From Spirochaetaceae bacterium (GTDB taxonomy: Bacteria > Spirochaetota > Spirochaetia > DSM-2461): a DNA stretch of 64,000 bases. Both the position numbers and the translations under genes were made by a program. The stretch spans positions 448,001 through 512,000 of the forward strand of contig JAOPTT010000009.1 in assembly GCA_051531975.1 (NCBI GenBank), read 5' to 3'. Positions 59,442 through 64,000 of the stretch are shown in pieces. Each line of letters starts with the position of its first letter. Position 1 is the first letter of the stretch. The notes under the pieces are model-generated. The model ran no database searches. It was given only the letters and a program-made list of their open reading frames with translations, and was not told where the DNA came from.

Positions 59442-60200
59442 TTAAGCTCCAGTAGGGATATCTATAAAGAGTGTCTCTATCCCAAATTCTTTTGTTATCC
59501 ACTGTCCAGTCTGCTTTACACCTAGAGTTTCAGTTGCATAATGTCCTGCACATAACATGTTTATATTTTCTTCTAAACATTTATGGTAAACTTCATGACT
59601 TCTATCCCCTGTTATAAACAGGTCGATATTTTGTGTTATAGCTTCTTCTACAGAGTATGGTGATCCACCAGAAACTATGGCAATTGTTGATACTCTATTT
59701 TTGCCTCCAGGAATAATAAACACTGGTTCGTGATCTCCAAGAAGGATTTTTTTTATATCATCAACCGGTTTTGGTTCAACTAATTGGCCTTTCACGCCAA
59801 TATTAAAAGATTTATATTTACCAAATGGTTCTATATTTATCAAATTAAGCTGTTTGGCTAATCCAATATTGTTTCCAAGTTCCATATGTGCATCAAGGGG
59901 AAGGTGTGCTGCAAAAAGTGCTAATTTATTTTCTATTAGATATTTAACTCTGGTGTAATGATTACCTTTAATTGCTAAAGGTTTTCCCCAAAAAAGCCCA
60001 TGGTGGCATAATATCAGGTCGGCACCCTGTTTTTTTGCCTGTTTAAACCCTTCTAAAGACGCATCAACCATTAATGCTACTTTTTTAATATCCATTTCTA
60101 AGTCCCCAACCTGTACCCCATTTAGGGAAGGATCAGTAGAATTATAGGGTTCCATATCAAGTTTTTTTGTCAAAGAGTATTCCAAATCGCATAGTTTCAT
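59442..60200 (-). CDS. Nif3-like dinuclear metal centre protein (YbgI family)
   Basis: NGVQVG, CHHGLFW, AHLPLDAH..GNN, FITGD, AGHYATE. Confidence 0.93.
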   Translation of the reverse strand: MKLCDLEYSLTKKLDMEPYNSTDPSLNGVQVGDLEMDIKKVALMVDASLEGFKQAKKQGADLILCHHGLFWGKPLAIKGNHYTRVKYLIENKLALFAAHLPLDAHMELGNNIGLAKQLNLINIEPFGKYKSFNIGVKGQLVEPKPVDDIKKILLGDHEPVFIIPGGKNRVSTIAIVSGGSPYSVEEAITQNIDLFITGDRSHEVYHKCLEENINMLCAGHYATETLGVKQTGQWITKEFGIETLFIDIPTGA

Positions 60201-60288
60201 AAAATCATATTAAAACTAAATAATTGGTGATGCAAGTAAATATAAATGTTTATTGTTTTTTCTTGTATTATAATGTTATAATATAACT

Positions 60289-61770
60289 ATGATTTCTGAA
60301 AAACAAAAAGTTAAAATATTCTCGGCATTAACCAAATCAATTCCTATAACAATTACCACTCATAAAGTATCTAGAGATACAGAATTAAGGATAGAAGCAA
60401 TTCTAGAACTAATTTTAGGTGAATTTGGATTAAGTGAAGTTTATGATAAAATTTCATACTGCTTAAAAGAGATTATCACAAATGCAAAAAAGGCTAATAC
60501 AAAACGTGTTTATTTTGAAATGAATGGCTTAAAAATGGATTCTGCTGAAGATTATAAAAGAGGTATGAAATCATTTAAAGAGGATACTTTATCAAATATA
60601 GAACACTATCTAAATATGCAAGAAGATGCTGGGTTATATGTTAAGATATCTTTTCAATCCCAGGGTAGCGACTTAGTTCTTACTGTAAAAAATAATTCAG
60701 AGATCTCACAAAAAGAACTTTCAAGAGTTTATGATAGAATGGCTAGAGCAAGAACATATCACTCCATGGAAGAAGCTTTTTCTGAAATTCTAGATGACTC
60801 CGAAGGTGCAGGGCTTGGAATCGTAATTATGGTTCTTATGCTTAAAAAAATTGGATTAACAGAAGAAGCATTTGAAATAACAGTTAATAAGGGTGTTACA
60901 AGTGCTGCATTAACACTACGAATGTCAGATGTTAGAGCAGAAGGAATTGAATTATTAATTGATGAGATTGTTAATGGTATTGATAGTATTCCTCAGTTCC
61001 CTGAAAATATACGTAGAATTCAGAATCTTATAAACGATGCGGATTCTTCAATGACTGATATAGCAAAACAGATAAGTATTGATCCTGCTATGACAGCAGA
61101 TGTACTAAAAATTGTTAATTCATCTCAATTCATGTTACCTAATAAAGTTGAAAATCTTTTAAGTGCAGTATCATTAATTGGAATGAAGGGTTTAAGAGAC
61201 CTTATATTAAGATATGGTGCGCAAAAAACTCTTAAATTTGAAGGTAGTAAAGAGTTGTGGCAACATTCCCATTTTGTTGCTTTCTCAGCATATTCATTAG
61301 CTAGAGGTAGAAGATTATCTAAAGAGGTTGCAGAAGATGCATTTATGGGTGGTATTTTACATGATATTGGTAAAGCAGTATTTGCTAATATCAGCACAGG
61401 TTTAATGACTCGATTTCATGATATTGCAAAAAATAAAGAGCTTCCAACAAAAATAATAGAAGACCTCTTTGCAGGATATAATCATGCAGAGATAGGTGCT
61501 AGAATTGCTGAAAAATGGAATTTCCCAGAATCTTTAGTTGGATGTATTAGATTCCATCACGATCCATTAAAATGTAGAAAGTCTGATAGAGGGTATGTTT
61601 TTGCTCTATATTTAGCCAATATAATTTGTGGGTATGAAATTGATGATATATCTTACGATCAGATTGAACCTCAGATCCTGGGCTATTTTAACATACATAA
61701 CGAAGATGATTTAGAAATGATTATATCTGAACTTCAGACGAAATTTAGTAGAGAGCAATCAACCTTCTAA
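60289..61770 (+). CDS. HATPase-like + HDOD domain protein
   Basis: LKEIITNAKKAN, GAGLG (HATPase-like); DPAMTADVLKIVNS, LWQHS, GILHDIGK, HAEIG, HH (HDOD). Confidence 0.85.
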   Translation: MISEKQKVKIFSALTKSIPITITTHKVSRDTELRIEAILELILGEFGLSEVYDKISYCLKEIITNAKKANTKRVYFEMNGLKMDSAEDYKRGMKSFKEDTLSNIEHYLNMQEDAGLYVKISFQSQGSDLVLTVKNNSEISQKELSRVYDRMARARTYHSMEEAFSEILDDSEGAGLGIVIMVLMLKKIGLTEEAFEITVNKGVTSAALTLRMSDVRAEGIELLIDEIVNGIDSIPQFPENIRRIQNLINDADSSMTDIAKQISIDPAMTADVLKIVNSSQFMLPNKVENLLSAVSLIGMKGLRDLILRYGAQKTLKFEGSKELWQHSHFVAFSAYSLARGRRLSKEVAEDAFMGGILHDIGKAVFANISTGLMTRFHDIAKNKELPTKIIEDLFAGYNHAEIGARIAEKWNFPESLVGCIRFHHDPLKCRKSDRGYVFALYLANIICGYEIDDISYDQIEPQILGYFNIHNEDDLEMIISELQTKFSREQSTF

Positions 61771-62511
61771 GATATACTCTTGCCATCGTTGTAATAATAT
61801 GGATGTAGCATTTGCTACATTTAAAGAACTTTTACTTCCTAATAGTGGTATAGATACCCGTCCTAAACTTTTGTCTGCAAGTTTTAAAGCATCAGGAGAA
61901 ACACCTAACTCTTCGCTACCAATAATAACAGTTCCTGTTTTAGGAAACTTAAACTTGTTAATTGATGTTCCTCCAAGTTCTAAGGCAAATATTGGTCCTT
62001 CAATTTCTGAAACCTGAGTTCTTTGCCAATTTACTAGATCTATACAGCCCATAGAAGTTCTAATTGCTCTATTATGCCCTGGATCAGTAGTATTCTCTGA
62101 TAATAAAACAGTTGAAACACCAAAACATTCCGCAGTTCTGAAAATAGAACCTAGATTAAAGGGAGAACGTATATCGTCAAGGAAGATATTTATTCCAATT
62201 TCTTTTCTAGTTCTATTTTGATTATCAAGGGGAGCAATAAAGTCCCACTCACTTGGTTCAACTTTTAAATGACCCATTATTGAATGTCTTATACTGTTTA
62301 TTATTCTTAACTCTATTTGTAAGGTGATAAGACTTTTAGTTTTATTTGGAATATGTTCTTCTGAAAGTATATTTTTTAGCACTGATAAATAATATGGCTT
62401 GTTATAATTTGTACCCTGGGTTAACTCTTTTTCAAGTCCTTGTAATATAACTATATATTTCCTAAACCTAGTACCTTCTTTTAAAGTATTAAGCTTTTTT
62501 ATTGTTATCAT
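61759..62511 (-). CDS. TrmH/SpoU family RNA methyltransferase
   Basis: LDDIRSPFNLGSIFRTA, IIGSEELGVS, IPLLGSKSSLNVA. Confidence 0.92.
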   Translation of the reverse strand: MITIKKLNTLKEGTRFRKYIVILQGLEKELTQGTNYNKPYYLSVLKNILSEEHIPNKTKSLITLQIELRIINSIRHSIMGHLKVEPSEWDFIAPLDNQNRTRKEIGINIFLDDIRSPFNLGSIFRTAECFGVSTVLLSENTTDPGHNRAIRTSMGCIDLVNWQRTQVSEIEGPIFALELGGTSINKFKFPKTGTVIIGSEELGVSPDALKLADKSLGRVSIPLLGSKSSLNVANATSILLQRWQEYILEG

Positions 62512-63467
62512 TAAAAAGCATCTTCAACTATTTTCATTATATCTGAATTGTCACTTATGATATCTTTAAATTGATCTAGGGTAAAACCTAATTCTGTTAA
62601 TCTTGTTGGGATCGTATATTTGTCTAATATTTCACGGATTTTTAAGCTTAAACCAGATTCACCTTTTTTGGTTAAGTAACTAGGTAGAAGTTTTGCACTA
62701 ATTATATTTGGCTCACAATTAAATCTATTTCCTGTAATCCAAGAGTAAAAAGTAGGTGTTAACTCTATATCAGATGATGCCCCATGATATAGGTTTGCTG
62801 TTAATCCGTACCGGCTAATTTTATCAACATCTAGATTGTCATCTTCTAGGTCTTTTAAAATTCTATTAAATAGGTTTTTGCTCTCTTCTATAGAAATTAT
62901 ATTATTTTGTGGGTTGGTGAATAGTTGGCTTAAATCAAATAAAATTGAAAGTGCCGTTAATACGATCCCAATTGAGTCAGTTTCTCTTATGAATTTATTA
63001 TCAACATGTATTTCAGATATGCTTTCTAGAGATAGATGTGTCTTTATATAGTTATCACTTACTCTGTTTGAATAATTTGATTGTGGAATTAATAAATAAG
63101 GATTATAAAGTAGTGTTGGAATTTCAAAATAATTCAACGATAGGTTGTCGGCAATAGAACGACCACACATCCTTTGAGCTACTCCACCTATAGAAACTAT
63201 AGAAGTAACACTAAATGTTTCTGCTCGTTCTTTTATTTTATCTATATCATCAATATTAACAAAACCTTTACGCATATTACTTTGTATAAAGGTTAGACTA
63301 TATTTTACAAATTGTTCTTTAAGCAGTGTTATTGAATTTCTATCTTTAGGATCTAAGGAACAGATAAGGAGTATTCTATTCCCAAAGTCCTGAAGTTTGC
63401 TTCCTAAATCTAAATGAGCTTCTGAATTATATGCTAATTTAGGATTTATTTTTGAAAGTGTAAACAT
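62511..63467 (-). CDS. Divergent iron-containing alcohol dehydrogenase/DHQS-fold protein
   Basis: GNRILLI, IVSIGG, FEIPT, IPTRLTELGFT; metal-binding His residues not evident. Confidence 0.55.
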   Translation of the reverse strand: MFTLSKINPKLAYNSEAHLDLGSKLQDFGNRILLICSLDPKDRNSITLLKEQFVKYSLTFIQSNMRKGFVNIDDIDKIKERAETFSVTSIVSIGGVAQRMCGRSIADNLSLNYFEIPTLLYNPYLLIPQSNYSNRVSDNYIKTHLSLESISEIHVDNKFIRETDSIGIVLTALSILFDLSQLFTNPQNNIISIEESKNLFNRILKDLEDDNLDVDKISRYGLTANLYHGASSDIELTPTFYSWITGNRFNCEPNIISAKLLPSYLTKKGESGLSLKIREILDKYTIPTRLTELGFTLDQFKDIISDNSDIMKIVEDAF

Positions 63468-63472
63468 TCTTA

Positions 63473-63757
63473 TTAAAGGCCAAAATCTTCCATTATTTTT
63501 TCTGCAACTGAATTTATTACAGTATCATTAATGTAATTTGGATCAGCTAGTTTAGCTTTTACCTCGGCAACTCTGTCTTCTCTGATATCAGGAGCATTGT
63601 TTGCAACATTTGCAGCTTTAATTAATTCAGCTTTACTAATAGCAGATTTTGAAACCTTAATGGAATCTGTCTTATTAATCTGTTGCTTAGGCTGAACCTT
63701 GTTTGCGCTGTTGTACTTGCTGATCGGATCTGTTGGTCCAACTCTGTTTATTGTCAT
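63473..63757 (-). CDS. flgM: Anti-sigma28 factor FlgM
   Basis: DSIKVS...APDIREDRVAEVKAKL...VAEKIM; RBS AAGGAG; sigma28 promoter upstream. Confidence 0.88.
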   Translation of the reverse strand: MTINRVGPTDPISKYNSANKVQPKQQINKTDSIKVSKSAISKAELIKAANVANNAPDIREDRVAEVKAKLADPNYINDTVINSVAEKIMEDFGL

Positions 63758-63777
63758 AATTTCTCCTTAGGTTCTTA

Positions 63778-63805
63778 TGATCGACACAATATAATATAAA
63801 CTTTA
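63778..63805 (-). promoter_or_regulatory. sigma28 (FliA) promoter of flgM
   Basis: Minus strand TAAAGTTT-N12-GTCGATCA (TAAA-N16-GTCGATCA) vs consensus TAAA-N15/16-GCCGATAA. Confidence 0.75.
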
Positions 63806-64000
63806 TTCGTTTCCTGCTATAAGTATTGCGAACTCTCCCTTAATTGTAGTCCTTGTTTTAAAATTTTCCAATACTTCTTGTGTTGTTCCTTGAATGAATT
63901 CTTCAAAAGTTTTAGTTATCTCTCGTCCAAGTAGTATATGTCTCTCAGAGTTAATTTCGGCAAGCTGGGTTAAAAGCTTTACTATCCTATAAGGAGATTC
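63803..64000 (-). CDS. rsmI: 16S rRNA (cytidine1402-2'-O)-methyltransferase, C-terminal part
   Basis: Not in the ORF track. Hand translation ESPYRIVKLL...LLGREITKTFEEFIQG...IKGEFAILIAGNE*. Confidence 0.9.
   Translation of the reverse strand, partial: ESPYRIVKLLTQLAEINSERHILLGREITKTFEEFIQGTTQEVLENFKTRTTIKGEFAILIAGNE

Noticed and set aside
339..63051. The many 60-165 aa ORFs in the track that lie inside or antisense to longer genes (e.g. 339..533, 10541..10849, 43155..43526, 49561..50058)
   Set aside because: They overlap well-supported genes, lack RBSs and recognisable motifs, and look like shadow ORFs.
1..64000. CRISPR arrays, tRNA/rRNA genes, prophage or anti-phage defence genes
   Set aside because: No regularly spaced repeats, cloverleaf-like GC-rich segments, or phage/defence protein motifs were seen by eye; a covariance-model scan was not possible.

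Overview
AT-rich bacterial chromosomal segment, most likely from a free-living spirochaete (Spirochaetales-type MCPs, STAS/Zn-ribbon anti-anti-sigma factor, HATPase-HDOD protein, flgM with a sigma28 promoter). The taxonomy is inferred from protein style only. From left to right: (1) a chemoreceptor N-terminus, a stand-alone periplasmic Cache-like protein and a STAS gene interrupted by one in-frame TAA; (2) a sugar-utilisation locus (2 permeases, 2 paralogous solute-binding proteins, membrane-anchored AraC, cytoplasmic AraC, GH31 glycosidase, desaturase-like oxygenase); (3) a ~20 kb locus (14.1-34.1 kb) that interleaves glycan-synthesis genes (1488-aa GT-C-like membrane protein, Wzx-like flippase, GT4, GT2, receiver-like::polyprenol-P-sugar synthase fusion, candidate outer-membrane barrel) with a LruC-domain lipoprotein under a clear sigma54 promoter, a binding protein + histidine kinase pair and five receiver-domain proteins; this is the best candidate for an undescribed system; (4) YnjE-like rhodanese, a yehZYXW/osmF-type ABC transporter, VOC/dioxygenase/CDGSH-glutamate-synthase-like genes, DUF1611 + PLP racemase, an ECF sigma pair, two MCPs, GntR, nitroreductase; (5) housekeeping end with leuS, a degenerate lspA, Nif3, HDOD, TrmH, flgM and partial rsmI. 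Several genes look leaderless, and three intergenic stretches look like decayed gene remnants. No rRNA, tRNA, CRISPR array or intact mobile element was seen. All family calls come from motif recognition by eye; no database search was run.
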